DNA of 64,000 bases from an uncultured Gemmatimonadaceae bacterium (lineage in GTDB: Bacteria > Gemmatimonadota > Gemmatimonadetes > Gemmatimonadales > Gemmatimonadaceae). The notes below the pieces were generated by a model. The model was not told the origin of the DNA. It did no database searches and worked only from the letters and a program-made list of their open reading frames with translations. Position numbers and translations under genes: made by a program. This document shows positions 51,162-61,054 of this stretch, piece by piece (positions within the stretch are counted from its first letter, which is position 1; every line of letters starts with the position of its first letter). The stretch covers positions 2,144,001-2,208,000 of the forward strand of contig CAVXGK010000002.1 of NCBI GenBank assembly GCA_963761305.1. The letters are read 5' to 3'.

Positions 51162-52685
51162 ATGAAGCTCGTCGAGTGCGTTCCGAATTTTTCCGAGGGC
51201 CGCCGGCCCGAGGTCGTCGCCGCCATCCGTGACGCGATCGCGGGCGTCGAGAGCGTCGCGATCCTCGACGCCTCGTCCGACGCGTCGCACAACCGCACGG
51301 TGGTCACGTTCGTCGTCGCCGTGGAGCACGCGGTGGACGCGGCGTTCGCCGGCATTCGCGCGGCCCGCGAGCGGATCGACCTCAACTCGCACAGCGGCGA
51401 ACATCCGCGCATGGGCGCCACCGACGTCGTGCCGTTCGTGCCGCTCGAAGGCTCGACGATGGAGGACTGCATCGTTCTCGCGCGGCAGCTCGGCGAGCGC
51501 GTTGGCAAAGAACTCGAGATCCCCGTCTTCCTATATGAGCGCGCCGCCACGCGACCCGATCGCGAGAACCTTGCCGACATTCGCCGCGGCGAGTTCGAGG
51601 GCATTCGCGACGAGATGAAAGCCGGCGCGGCGAATCGCGCGCCCGACTTCGGCCCGTCGACGATTCATCCCACGGCGGGCGCCGTCGCGATCGGCGCACG
51701 GCCGTTTCTCGTCGCGTACAACGTGTACTTGGGCCCCGCGTCGAACTTGCAAGTCGCGAGGAACGTGGCGAAGGCGGTGCGCGGGTCCTCCGGCGGTCTC
51801 CGTTACGTGAAGGGCCTCGGCCTCGAGGTCGACGGTCAGGCGCAGGTGTCGATGAACCTCGTCGACACGGAAAAGACGCCGCTCTATCGCGCCTACGAAA
51901 CGGTGAAGATGGAGGCCGAGGCGCAGGGCGTGTCGCCCACGTGGAGTGAGATCGTGGGCGTCGTGCCCGAGCGCGCGCTGTTCGAGACCGCGGCACGGCA
52001 CATCCAGCTGCGCGATTTCAAGCCGGAGATCGTGCTCGAGCACAAGGTGCGCGCCGCCGTGCAAGGCGGCGAGTCCGTGTCGGGCTTCGTCGCGTCGGTC
52101 GCGTCGTCGGCGCCGACGCCTGGCGGCGGAAGCGTCGCCGCGCACGCCGGTGCGCTCGCCGCCGCGCTCGCGCAGATGGTCGCCGGACTCACGGCGGGCC
52201 GAAAGAAGTACGTCGCGGTAGACGCCGAGATGCGCGCACTGGGTCTTGAGGCGGCGGGGCTCGTCAACACGCTCTCGGCGCTTGTCGTGAAGGACGCGGC
52301 GTCGTTCAACGCCGTGTCGGCCGCGTACAAGCTCCCGTCCGAGCCCGACGACGCGCTCGTCAAACGCAAGCGCGCCATCGACGATGCCCTGATCGGCGCG
52401 GCGGAAGTTCCGCTGGAGACGGCGCGCGCCTGCGCGCGGGTCGCCGAGCTGGCGGCGACGTGCGCGACGAAGGGCAACACGAACGCCGTCTCGGATGCCG
52501 GCGTGTCGGCGCTGCTCGCCGAAGCGGCGTGCCGAGGGGCGGTTTACAACATTCGAATCAACGTGTCGTCGATGGACGACAAATCACGCGGTGCGGAGCT
52601 CCTCTCCGAGGCGAGCGACCTGCTCACCAAGACGCGGACGTACGTCGAGCAAGCCACCTCGGCGGTGGACCAAGCGATCGGCTGA
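51162..52685 (+). CDS. ftcD: Glutamate formimidoyltransferase / formiminotetrahydrofolate cyclodeaminase (fused)
   Basis: VECVPNFSEGR, HNRTV, HPRMGATDVVPF, QVSMNL; C-terminal PTPGGGS, GNTNAVSDA, NIRIN. Confidence 0.95.
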   Translation: MKLVECVPNFSEGRRPEVVAAIRDAIAGVESVAILDASSDASHNRTVVTFVVAVEHAVDAAFAGIRAARERIDLNSHSGEHPRMGATDVVPFVPLEGSTMEDCIVLARQLGERVGKELEIPVFLYERAATRPDRENLADIRRGEFEGIRDEMKAGAANRAPDFGPSTIHPTAGAVAIGARPFLVAYNVYLGPASNLQVARNVAKAVRGSSGGLRYVKGLGLEVDGQAQVSMNLVDTEKTPLYRAYETVKMEAEAQGVSPTWSEIVGVVPERALFETAARHIQLRDFKPEIVLEHKVRAAVQGGESVSGFVASVASSAPTPGGGSVAAHAGALAAALAQMVAGLTAGRKKYVAVDAEMRALGLEAAGLVNTLSALVVKDAASFNAVSAAYKLPSEPDDALVKRKRAIDDALIGAAEVPLETARACARVAELAATCATKGNTNAVSDAGVSALLAEAACRGAVYNIRINVSSMDDKSRGAELLSEASDLLTKTRTYVEQATSAVDQAIG

Positions 52686-52691
52686 AGCAGG

Positions 52692-53189
52692 CTAGCGTCT
52701 GCGGCCGCCGTCCGGGTGATACGTCTCATCGATCACGACGGCGACCGCGAGAAGGAGCACCTGGTCCTCGGCGTTTCGGACGTCGATGCCGTACGTGTCG
52801 GCCAGGGTGAACCACTTCTTCGACACCGTGGCAATGATGTCCCCTCGACGGCGAACCAGATACTCGTGGTCGCCCAGGCTCCCCTGAACGTCGAGATCGG
52901 CGTCCGTTCCGGGAAATTCGATCGTCATCTGATGCTGAATGAGGACCAGCGGATCGTTCTTAACCGTCGCCACGACGTTGCCGCCGTGTGAGATCTCGTA
53001 CGTCTTTCCCCACGAGAGGACGCGCTGTTTGATGAACGCCAACTCGTTGCCCGCAAGATCCTGAAACGACAACTGATCGCCGATCGTGAACGCCTTGCCG
53101 TCCACGAAGTAGACGTCCTTGCCGTCGTTGTCCTTGATGTAGTAGTCGTCGCCCCACGCGAGGAGCTTCTGCTTCATCATGTATTGCAT
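52692..53189 (-). CDS. LURP-one-related / scramblase-like (Tubby C-like) protein
   Basis: MKQKLLAWGDDYYIKD, VDGKAF, SKKWFTLADTYGID. Confidence 0.85.
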   Translation of the reverse strand: MQYMMKQKLLAWGDDYYIKDNDGKDVYFVDGKAFTIGDQLSFQDLAGNELAFIKQRVLSWGKTYEISHGGNVVATVKNDPLVLIQHQMTIEFPGTDADLDVQGSLGDHEYLVRRRGDIIATVSKKWFTLADTYGIDVRNAEDQVLLLAVAVVIDETYHPDGGRRR

Positions 53190-53194
53190 TTGTC

Positions 53195-53228
53195 GGGTGG
53201 AGGGGTGGACAGGTGGACGGGTGGACAG
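53195..53228. repeat. 8-bp repeat family, about 4 copies
   Basis: GGGTGGAGGGGTGGACAGGTGGACGGGTGGACAG just upstream of the minus-strand ATG at 53189. Confidence 0.75.
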
Positions 53229-53242
53229 CCAGAGAGCGATGG

Positions 53243-54646
53243 CTACTTCTTGCCGGCGACGTCGACCAGCGTGCGATAGATCATCTCCGTGCCTTGCTGG
53301 AGCGACTTGATGCTTACCTTCTCGTCGTTGCCGTGCATGCGCGTCAGCTCGTCGGCGTCGATCGGATAGGGATAGATGCCGTACACCGGCACGCCGCGCG
53401 ACCGCCACGCCGCGGCGTCGGTGCTCGCCTGAAACAGATAGGGCGTCACCTCGGCACCGGGGAACGCGATGTGCGCTTCCTTTTCGAGCGCGCGGTAGAG
53501 CGCCGTCGTGTCGGGAGATTCGGGCGCGGCCGAGTACACGCGATCGCCGATCGAAAACTCGAGCCCCGGATCGCCGGCGATCTTCTTCAACGTCTCGACG
53601 AGCGCCGCCGGATCGCTCCCCGGGACCATACGGATATTGATCATTGCTTGCGCCGATCCGGGAATGACGTTGTTTCGAAATCCGCCGTTGATGATGACCG
53701 GTGCAATCGTGTTGCGAATCAGCGAATGCAGCAGCGGGTCCCGGCTGACGATCGAATCCGCGTGGCGCGCCTTCACCGGATCGCTGCCCACGACGTCTCG
53801 ATAGTAGCCGGACATCGGCGGCGTGCTCGTCTTCGCGAGGGCCAGGAAGAATCGTCTGGTCGACGGCGAGATGGTGAGCGGCGTCTCGTACGCCGAGATC
53901 TTCGCCATCGCTCGTGACAGAGCGAAGATCGCGTTGTCGGGGCGCGGCATCGAGCTGTGCGTCGACGTGCCGCGCGCCGTGATCGTGAGCGGAACCGACA
54001 GCTTGTCCGCCGTCGAGATGCTCACGTAGCGCACGTGCCCGTCGTCCGCCTTCATGATCCAACCGCCCTCGTTCAGCGCGAACTCGGCGTCGATGTCGGA
54101 CCAGCGCTCCTTGGCCAGCCACTCCGTGCTGTACGGACCGCCGCTCTCTTCGTCGGCTTCCGACAAGAAGATCACGTCGCGGGCGAGCGGAACCTTGCGC
54201 TCGGCGAGCATCATCACGGCGCGCACGAAGACCGCCATACCGCCTTTGACGTCGATCGCGCCGCGTCCGTAGACGTAGCCGTCCTTCACGACGCCGGCGA
54301 ACGGATCGACCGACCACTTGTCGCGCTCCACACCGACGACGTCCGCGTGCGCCGCGATCAACACCGGCCGCTTCGACCCGTCGCCGCGCAGCCGCGCGAT
54401 GATGTGCGTCTTCGCCGAGTCCGGCGTCGAGACGATCTTGACGTCGAAGCCGAGTGCGCGAAACCGCGGCGCGAGCACGTCGTCGACGAGCTGCGTGTGT
54501 CCGGGCGGGTTCGATGTATTCGCGCGAATCAACTCGCGAAGCAGTGCGACGGTCGAATCTTCGCCGGTCTGCGCGCCGGCGATCGCCGCGCCGAGCAACA
54601 TCGCCGCGACAATGCACGGCGCACTTCGGGGTATCGATCGGATCAT
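53243..54646 (-). CDS. M20-family peptidase/amidohydrolase (exported)
   Basis: Signal peptide; AHADVV, GRGAIDVKG, ADEE, NEGG, HSS.P, HGNDE. Confidence 0.9.
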   Translation of the reverse strand: MIRSIPRSAPCIVAAMLLGAAIAGAQTGEDSTVALLRELIRANTSNPPGHTQLVDDVLAPRFRALGFDVKIVSTPDSAKTHIIARLRGDGSKRPVLIAAHADVVGVERDKWSVDPFAGVVKDGYVYGRGAIDVKGGMAVFVRAVMMLAERKVPLARDVIFLSEADEESGGPYSTEWLAKERWSDIDAEFALNEGGWIMKADDGHVRYVSISTADKLSVPLTITARGTSTHSSMPRPDNAIFALSRAMAKISAYETPLTISPSTRRFFLALAKTSTPPMSGYYRDVVGSDPVKARHADSIVSRDPLLHSLIRNTIAPVIINGGFRNNVIPGSAQAMINIRMVPGSDPAALVETLKKIAGDPGLEFSIGDRVYSAAPESPDTTALYRALEKEAHIAFPGAEVTPYLFQASTDAAAWRSRGVPVYGIYPYPIDADELTRMHGNDEKVSIKSLQQGTEMIYRTLVDVAGKK

Positions 54647-54704
54647 GGTGGGGCGGAAGGAGCCGGCGGAGGAGGGCGAAGCCCGCGTCCGACTATCTAC
54701 GCCT

Positions 54705-54735
54705 CACCCGTCCGCCTGTCCACCCGTCCACCTGT
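54705..54735. repeat. 8-bp repeat family, degenerate copies
   Basis: CACCCGTCCGCCTGTCCACCCGTCCACCTGT. Confidence 0.7.
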
Positions 54736-54736
54736 T

Positions 54737-55492
54737 CTACTTGCTCGACAGCTTCGCGTACATGTCCCAGTACACGGCGACCCCGCACCGCTGCCCGGCG
54801 CGCGAATCCCACATGTAGCGCTGGTACTCCTTCGGCACTTCGTCGGGCGTGACGTACACCTCGAGCGCCATCAAATCCCCCGGCAGGTCGGGAACGAAGT
54901 TCGCCGCCGTCGCCGGACGCCCGTCAACCAGCGACACCATGCACTTGAGCCCGGACGCAACTGGAATTCTCCGGTTGCCATTGCGCGTGGGCCGCACGTC
55001 GACGCGAAATCCCGGGATGTCGCGAAAGAGATCAGCCGTGGAGAGAGGGTCCTTGTCGTCGATGTCCATGTAGTCCATGAACACGCCCTTGTCACCGCGT
55101 TTTTGCCGACACACGAATCCATCGAGCGAACGCTCCGGGCAACTGCCGTCGGCGTTGACGACGACCGTGTCGAGGTTGGCCTCACGGTGCTCGAGCGTCA
55201 GCGTCACGTCCAAGGACCCGTTGTCGTGAAGATCGGCCGTCGCTTCACCGGGCGAATAACCGAGCTTGCGCGCATGCAGCACATACTGCCCACCGCCGAC
55301 GCCTGTCATCGTGAAACGGCCGAGCGAGTCGGTGCGCGCATGGTGCGGGCCGGGCGTGGCGACGACCTCGGCGTTGCCGAGCGGGCGATTCGCCGAATCG
55401 CGAACGACGCCCCGCAGAGTGCCGCCCTGGGCGGCAGCTAGCGCCGGAAGCAGGGTCAGCGAAAAGACCAGCGAAGCGACGGGGAAGCGCAT
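54737..55492 (-). CDS. Exported CarboxypepD_reg-domain protein with plug-like C-terminus (no barrel)
   Basis: Signal peptide, GVVRDS..RPL..AEV, TDSLGRF, RKLGY; IPG...VDG...ALEVY...CG...W. Confidence 0.7.
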   Translation of the reverse strand: MRFPVASLVFSLTLLPALAAAQGGTLRGVVRDSANRPLGNAEVVATPGPHHARTDSLGRFTMTGVGGGQYVLHARKLGYSPGEATADLHDNGSLDVTLTLEHREANLDTVVVNADGSCPERSLDGFVCRQKRGDKGVFMDYMDIDDKDPLSTADLFRDIPGFRVDVRPTRNGNRRIPVASGLKCMVSLVDGRPATAANFVPDLPGDLMALEVYVTPDEVPKEYQRYMWDSRAGQRCGVAVYWDMYAKLSSK

Positions 55493-55653
55493 ATTCGGAA
55501 GCTAAGGGTCTCGTAGGTGACCGCGCCAACCAACCCCCCACCTGACCGCGAAGCTCGCGCCAACTGGGACGAGACGGAGCCCTGTCGCCGCCCGGGCTCG
55601 GCGAACATACTTGTCGAACTTCCCCTCTACCCCTCCACGACCGGCGAGCGACG

Positions 55654-57564
55654 ATGAGCATTCGCGAAGATATCGAGTTCCTCGACCAGACCCAACACGA
55701 ATTGGAGTTCCTCGGCGAGGAGCTCGAAGAGACACAAGGCATCGACCGACGCGATTTCGTGTTCTGGTCGCTCGCGACGGCGGCCGCGACCACGTTCGGG
55801 TTCGGTTCGCGCGCCCTCGCGCAGGCGCCGGCGACAGCCGCGGCGGCGAACGCGCCGCAGCAAGCGCCGCTCCCGGAGCTTGGCAACGGCGAGCCCGTGG
55901 CATGGACGTTCCAGCCCTATCACGAGGGCACCGGCGCGCTCATGGAAAAGCTCATCCACGAGCGCGGCGCGGCGGCGTTCCAGCGCGCCACGTTCGTCGT
56001 CGAGCCGTGGACCGGGAAAGTGCCGACTGATCCCACCGAAATCGCGTTTCTCCCCGCGCACCGGCTCTCCGCGCTCATCAAGGCCCGTCACATCACGTCG
56101 ACGCAGCTCACGCGCATCTATCTCGACCGCATCAAGCGGCTCGACCCGACGCTGCTGTGCGCGGTCACGATCATGGAAGACCAGGCGATGGCCGAGGCGG
56201 CCAAGGCCGACACCGACCTCAAGGCCGGCAAGTATCACGGCCCGCTGCACGGCATTCCCTACGGCGTGAAGGATCTCTTCTCGGTGAAAGGCGTGCGCAC
56301 GACGTGGGGCTCGAAGGACTTCGAGAATCGCATCATCGACGAAGACGCCGAGATCGTCGTGCGGCTGCGCAACGCTGGCGCCGTGCTCATCGCCAAGCTG
56401 GCGACGGGACTCTTCGCGCAGGGCGATCAGTGGTATCGCGGACGCACGAACAACCCGTGGGACATTCGCCGCGGGTCGAGCGGGTCGTCGGCCGGCCCCG
56501 CGTCGGCGACGGCGTCGGGATGCGTCGCGTTCGGCATCGGGACGGAAACGTCGGGTTCTATCGTGTCGCCGTCACGGGAGTGCGGATTGAGCTCGCTGCG
56601 CCCGACGTTCGGGCGCGTCACCCGCCATGGCGGGATGGTGCTGGCGTGGTCGCAGGATCGCGTCGGTCCGCTCTGCCGCACGATCGAAGACGCCGCGATG
56701 GTGTTCAACACGATTCACGGCGTCGATCCGAAGGATCCGGGCACGATCACGGTGCCGTTCCACTTCGATCGAAACATCAAGCTCGCGTCGCTGCGCATCG
56801 GCGTCGACGCGAACGCGCCGAAGGAATTCGTCGACAAGCTGCGTGAGCTCGGCGCGACGCCCAAGGAAATCGCCGCGCGTCCCCAACTCGGCGGTGGCGG
56901 CGGCGGTGGAGGACTCGGCGTGGAATCGGCGGCGGCGTTCGATTCCTACGTGCAGTGGAAGGCCAAGGAGCTCGGCATCGACCTGGCGACGATTCCCGAG
57001 CCGCAGGGTCGCGGTGGCGGCCGAGGTTTTGCCGGCGGCGGCGCGGGGCGAGCTGGCGCGGACAGCGGCGCGGTTCGCGTCGCGGGTGCTCCGGCAGGTG
57101 GAGGTGGAGGAGGCGGCGGTGGCGGGGCCGGACGCGGCGACGCGGGGAATCCGACCGGGATGGCGGCGCTCACCCGCTGGACGGGCGGCCGATTCCCGCG
57201 CGCGTTCGACTTCGTGCAACAGCAGCGTCGCCGTCAGATCCTCATCACCCAGATGGCGGCACTGCTCCAGGACTTCGACATGTACGTGCCGAGCGCGAAC
57301 GGGTACGACGTCGGCCTGCACGCGCAGACGGGGCATCCGTGCGCGGTCGTGCCGTACAAGTTCGAGCCGCAGCCGGCCGGTCGCGGTGGTCGTGGTGGCG
57401 GCGGCGGCACGCCGATCGATTCGACGACGCCACCCGTGACCTACAACCCACAGCCGATCTGCACCGTGCTCGCGGGGAATCTGTACAACGACGACAAGAT
57501 TCTCTCGGTCGCGCACCAGTATCAGATTCACACGGACTGGCACACGAAGCATCCATCGCTCTGA
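55654..57564 (+). CDS. Amidase-signature-family enzyme with Tat signal and Gly-rich inserts
   Basis: DRRDF Tat motif; GPLHGIPYGVKDL, GSSGSSAG, GTETSGSI..P..CG, RPTFGRV. Confidence 0.9.
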   Translation: MSIREDIEFLDQTQHELEFLGEELEETQGIDRRDFVFWSLATAAATTFGFGSRALAQAPATAAAANAPQQAPLPELGNGEPVAWTFQPYHEGTGALMEKLIHERGAAAFQRATFVVEPWTGKVPTDPTEIAFLPAHRLSALIKARHITSTQLTRIYLDRIKRLDPTLLCAVTIMEDQAMAEAAKADTDLKAGKYHGPLHGIPYGVKDLFSVKGVRTTWGSKDFENRIIDEDAEIVVRLRNAGAVLIAKLATGLFAQGDQWYRGRTNNPWDIRRGSSGSSAGPASATASGCVAFGIGTETSGSIVSPSRECGLSSLRPTFGRVTRHGGMVLAWSQDRVGPLCRTIEDAAMVFNTIHGVDPKDPGTITVPFHFDRNIKLASLRIGVDANAPKEFVDKLRELGATPKEIAARPQLGGGGGGGGLGVESAAAFDSYVQWKAKELGIDLATIPEPQGRGGGRGFAGGGAGRAGADSGAVRVAGAPAGGGGGGGGGGAGRGDAGNPTGMAALTRWTGGRFPRAFDFVQQQRRRQILITQMAALLQDFDMYVPSANGYDVGLHAQTGHPCAVVPYKFEPQPAGRGGRGGGGGTPIDSTTPPVTYNPQPICTVLAGNLYNDDKILSVAHQYQIHTDWHTKHPSL

Positions 57565-57572
57565 CGGGTTTT

Positions 57573-57607
57573 CTGTCCAGCCGTCCACCTGTTCACCTGT
57601 CCACCCG
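57573..57607. repeat. 8-bp repeat family, about 4 copies
   Basis: CTGTCCAGCCGTCCACCTGTTCACCTGTCCACCCG immediately before ATG 57610. Confidence 0.75.
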
Positions 57608-57609
57608 CC

Positions 57610-58221
57610 ATGCAACGTCGTGATCTGCTCCGGGCGTTCGGCGCCGCGACGGCGCTCGCGATCATTCCGCGCGACGCATTCGCGGCGTGGGAGCGCGTCG
57701 CCAGCGGGATTCGTCCCGCCGCGGGCTTAAGCGACGCGCACCTCGCGCTCGTCGGCGCGGTCGCGGATACGATTCTTCCGCGCACCGACTCGCCGAGCGC
57801 GACCGACGTGAACGTGCCGGCGTTCATCGACGTCATCCTGAGCGAGAACTACACCGACACCGAGCGCACGGCGTTCGTCGCGGGGCTCGACGTGCTCGAT
57901 TCGTGGACGCCGGTTTCGGCGACGCAGCAAGGCGCCGATTCGACGATCGTGCACGTGACGCGCCCGGTGCCGTTCGCCAGCGTCTCCGCCGAGGGTCGCG
58001 CGCAGATTCTCGACGCGATCGAACGAGCGCCGAGTCGGCGCGGCGAACCGATGCGGACGTACTGGCGGCTCAAGGGGCTCGTGATCCACGGCTACTTCAC
58101 GAGCGAGCGCGTGTCGAAGGACGTCCTGCACGTCGAAGTAATGCCGGGCCGCTTCGAGGGCTCGGCGCCGCTCGCGACGAAAGGGGCGAGCTCCTCGTCG
58201 CACGAGATGCACGATGCGTGA
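57610..58221 (+). CDS. Gluconate 2-dehydrogenase subunit 3 family protein (Tat)
   Basis: QRRDLL Tat motif, DTILPRTDSPSA, VPAFID, GYFTSE. Confidence 0.85.
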   Translation: MQRRDLLRAFGAATALAIIPRDAFAAWERVASGIRPAAGLSDAHLALVGAVADTILPRTDSPSATDVNVPAFIDVILSENYTDTERTAFVAGLDVLDSWTPVSATQQGADSTIVHVTRPVPFASVSAEGRAQILDAIERAPSRRGEPMRTYWRLKGLVIHGYFTSERVSKDVLHVEVMPGRFEGSAPLATKGASSSSHEMHDA

Positions 58222-59905
58222 AACGATGCATTTCGACGCGATCGTCGTCGGCTCCGGCATCTCCGGCGGCTGGGCGGCGAAGGAGCTCACCGAGCACGGA
58301 CTCAAGACGCTCGTGCTCGAGGCGGGCGGCCCTGTCGATCCGAATCACGACTTCGTCGAGCACGTGCAGCCGTGGCAGATGCACTTCCGCGGACTTGGCG
58401 ACCGCAAGCTGCTCGAGGCCGACTATCCAATTCAGCGCGACTGCTACGCGTGCGATGAGATGGGCCACAAGTTCTTCGTGAAGGACGCGGAGAATCCGTA
58501 CACGAATCCGCAGGACGCGCCGTTCAAGTGGTTCCGCGGCCGGCACGTCGGCGGACGCTCGATCACGTGGGGCCGCCAGGTCTATCGCTGGAGCGATCTC
58601 GATTTCACGGCGAACGCCAAGGACGGCCACGGCAACGACTGGCCGATCCGCTACGCCGACATCGCGCCGTGGTATTCGCACGTCGAGCGGTTCATCGGCA
58701 TCACCGGCGCGCACGAAGGCTTGTCGCAACTGCCTGACGGCGAGTTCCTGCCGCCGATGCAGATGACGTGCGTCGAGCAGGACGCTCGGCCGAAGATTCT
58801 CAAGGCGTTCGGCGGCGAGCGCGTGATGACGATCGGCCGCGCGGCGATTCTCACGCAGGATCACAATGGCCGTCTCGCCTGTCACTACTGCGGTCCGTGC
58901 GAGCGCGGCTGCATCACGCAGTCGTACTTCAACAGCCTCGGCTCGACGCTGCCCGCGGCACAGAAGACAGGCAACCTCACGCTGCGGCCGAACAGCGTCG
59001 TCGCCGAAGTGACGTACGACGCGAAGAAAGGCCGCGCGACCGGCGTGCGCATCGTCGACGCGCAGACGCTGGAGACGCGCGAGTACACAGCACGGATCGT
59101 CTTCCTCTGCGCATCGGCGATCGAGTCGACTCGGCTGCTGCTCAATTCGAAGAGCGCGCGCTTCCCCGACGGGTTCGGGAACTCGAGCGGCGTGCTCGGC
59201 CGCTACGTGATGGACCATCACTACGGATCGGGCGCGTCGGGCACGGTGCCGGGCTTCACCGACAAGCGCACGATCGGCCATCGGCCGAATGGCATCTACA
59301 TCGTGCGGTTCCGCAACGTGAAGACGCAGCACCCGAATTTCCTGCGCGGCTACGGCATGCAAGGCGGGTCCGGGCGCGGCGGTTGGGGACGCGGGTCGAG
59401 CATCCCGGGCTACGGCGGAGCGTTCAAGCAGTCGTTGATCGACGAGCTCGGGCCGTGGTCGCTCTCGGCGTCGGGTTGGGGCGAGACGCTTCCCAACCCG
59501 GACAATCGCGTGACGATCGACTCTAACGTGAACGACAAATGGGGCATTCCCGCCGCGCACATCGAGGTGCGGTGGCGCGACAACGAGCGCGTGATGGACG
59601 AAGACATGAAGACCGCGATGGCCGAGATGCTCGACGCGGCCGGATGCACGGACATCCGCACGCACGGATCGAACAATCCGCCCGGCCACTGCATTCACGA
59701 GATGGGCGGCGCGCGCATGAGCAAGACGCCGAGCGAAGGCGTGCTCAATCGCTGGAACCAGTCGTGGGACGTGAAGAACCTCTTCATCACCGACGGCGCG
59801 TGCATGGCGAGCAACGGCTGTCAGAATCCGAGCATCACGTACATGGCGCTCACCGCTCGCGCCGTGTCGCACGCCGTCACCATGATGAAGCAGAACGCGC
59901 TGTGA
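58214..59905 (+). CDS. GMC-family flavin oxidoreductase (glucoside 3-dehydrogenase-like)
   Basis: GSGISGGWAAKELTE, GGRS.TWGR, C.YCG.C.RGC Fe-S motif, HEMGGARM, QNPS.TYMA. Confidence 0.92.
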   Translation: MRETMHFDAIVVGSGISGGWAAKELTEHGLKTLVLEAGGPVDPNHDFVEHVQPWQMHFRGLGDRKLLEADYPIQRDCYACDEMGHKFFVKDAENPYTNPQDAPFKWFRGRHVGGRSITWGRQVYRWSDLDFTANAKDGHGNDWPIRYADIAPWYSHVERFIGITGAHEGLSQLPDGEFLPPMQMTCVEQDARPKILKAFGGERVMTIGRAAILTQDHNGRLACHYCGPCERGCITQSYFNSLGSTLPAAQKTGNLTLRPNSVVAEVTYDAKKGRATGVRIVDAQTLETREYTARIVFLCASAIESTRLLLNSKSARFPDGFGNSSGVLGRYVMDHHYGSGASGTVPGFTDKRTIGHRPNGIYIVRFRNVKTQHPNFLRGYGMQGGSGRGGWGRGSSIPGYGGAFKQSLIDELGPWSLSASGWGETLPNPDNRVTIDSNVNDKWGIPAAHIEVRWRDNERVMDEDMKTAMAEMLDAAGCTDIRTHGSNNPPGHCIHEMGGARMSKTPSEGVLNRWNQSWDVKNLFITDGACMASNGCQNPSITYMALTARAVSHAVTMMKQNAL

Positions 59906-60768
59906 CGCGCGATCTCTCTCGACGCGAAGCCCTCGCCGCGCTCGGTGCGTTGAGCGCGGGCGTCGCCCTCGGACCGCGCGCCGCGTTCGGCGAATCGCGA
60001 AGCGAATCGCGTGCATCGCGGCTCAAGCAGTCCGTCTCGCGCTGGTGCTACTCGGGCATCGCGCTCGACGATCTCTGCGAGTCGGCAAAATCGATCGGCT
60101 ACAAGTCGGTCGAGCTGTTGAGCGAGCCGGATTGGCCGGTGGTGAAGCGCCACGGTCTCGACTGCGCGATGGCGAACGGGTTCGGGCAGATTCCCGTCGG
60201 CTTCAATCGCCCGGACAACCATGACAAACTCGTCGCCGACGCGACGCGCATGCTGCCGCTCGTGGCCGCGGCGGGAATTCCGAACATCGTCGTGTTCAGC
60301 GGCAACCGCGCCGGGCTCTCCGACGGCGAGGGCATCACCAACTGCGTCGCCGGCCTCAAGCGCGTGACGCCGCTCGCCGAGCAGCACGGCGTGACGCTGT
60401 GTCTCGAGATGTTGAACAGCAAGGTCGATCACAAGGACTACCAGGCCGACCACACCGCGTGGGCCGTCCAGGTCGTGCAGGGCGTCGGGTCGCCGCGCCT
60501 CAAGCTGCTGTACGACATCTACCACATGCAGATCATGGAAGGCGACGTCATCCGGACGATCCGCAACAACGCGCCGCACATCGCGCACTATCACACCGGC
60601 GGGGTTCCCGGACGTGCCGAAATCGATGACACGCAGGAACTGAATTACCGTCGGGTGATGCAAGCCATCGCCGACGTGGGCTTCACCGGCTACGTGGGAC
60701 AGGAGTTCGTCCCCAAGCGCGACCCCGTCGCGTCGCTCAAGCAAGCGTACGAGATCTGTGACGTGTGA
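59902..60768 (+). CDS. Hydroxypyruvate isomerase / xylose-isomerase-like TIM barrel (Tat)
   Basis: SRREAL Tat motif, KQSV.RWC, E.LNSKVDH.DY, LYDIYHMQIMEGD, HTGGVPGR.E, GQEF. Confidence 0.88.
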   Translation: MTRDLSRREALAALGALSAGVALGPRAAFGESRSESRASRLKQSVSRWCYSGIALDDLCESAKSIGYKSVELLSEPDWPVVKRHGLDCAMANGFGQIPVGFNRPDNHDKLVADATRMLPLVAAAGIPNIVVFSGNRAGLSDGEGITNCVAGLKRVTPLAEQHGVTLCLEMLNSKVDHKDYQADHTAWAVQVVQGVGSPRLKLLYDIYHMQIMEGDVIRTIRNNAPHIAHYHTGGVPGRAEIDDTQELNYRRVMQAIADVGFTGYVGQEFVPKRDPVASLKQAYEICDV

Positions 60769-60833
60769 ACCGCGATGCCGCCATCGAGGGCGGATCGCGC
60801 CGAGCGAGTCACTGTTGGCAGCGACCAAATTGA

Positions 60834-60946
60834 ACGCACATGCAGCAGATTTGAAAAGCGATTGCCGCAGATGAACGGCGAACGAAGGAGGAGGCAACCT
60901 TCGTTTTCATCTGCGGCATTGTCGTTGAAATCTGCGGCATCTGCGT
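60834..60946. repeat. Palindrome family C, copy 2
   Basis: GCAGATTTGAAAAGCGATTGCCGCAGAT ... ATCTGCGGCATTGTCGTTGAAATCTGCGGCATCTGCGT; clearly related to 40073-40181. Confidence 0.8.
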
Positions 60947-61054
60947 CACCTCTTCTTCCACTGCCTCGAGCCCGGTCAAGCGGCTGGAGGCCCGCGCGCG
61001 ATTCGCTTGCCGCCCGGCGCGGCGACAGGCATCTTCAAACGAGAGGTTCACGCG

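Noticed and set aside
52692..54617. 641-aa ORF ending in the LURP-one domain
   Set aside because: The upstream part is an off-frame shadow of the M20 peptidase; the real start is ATG 53189.
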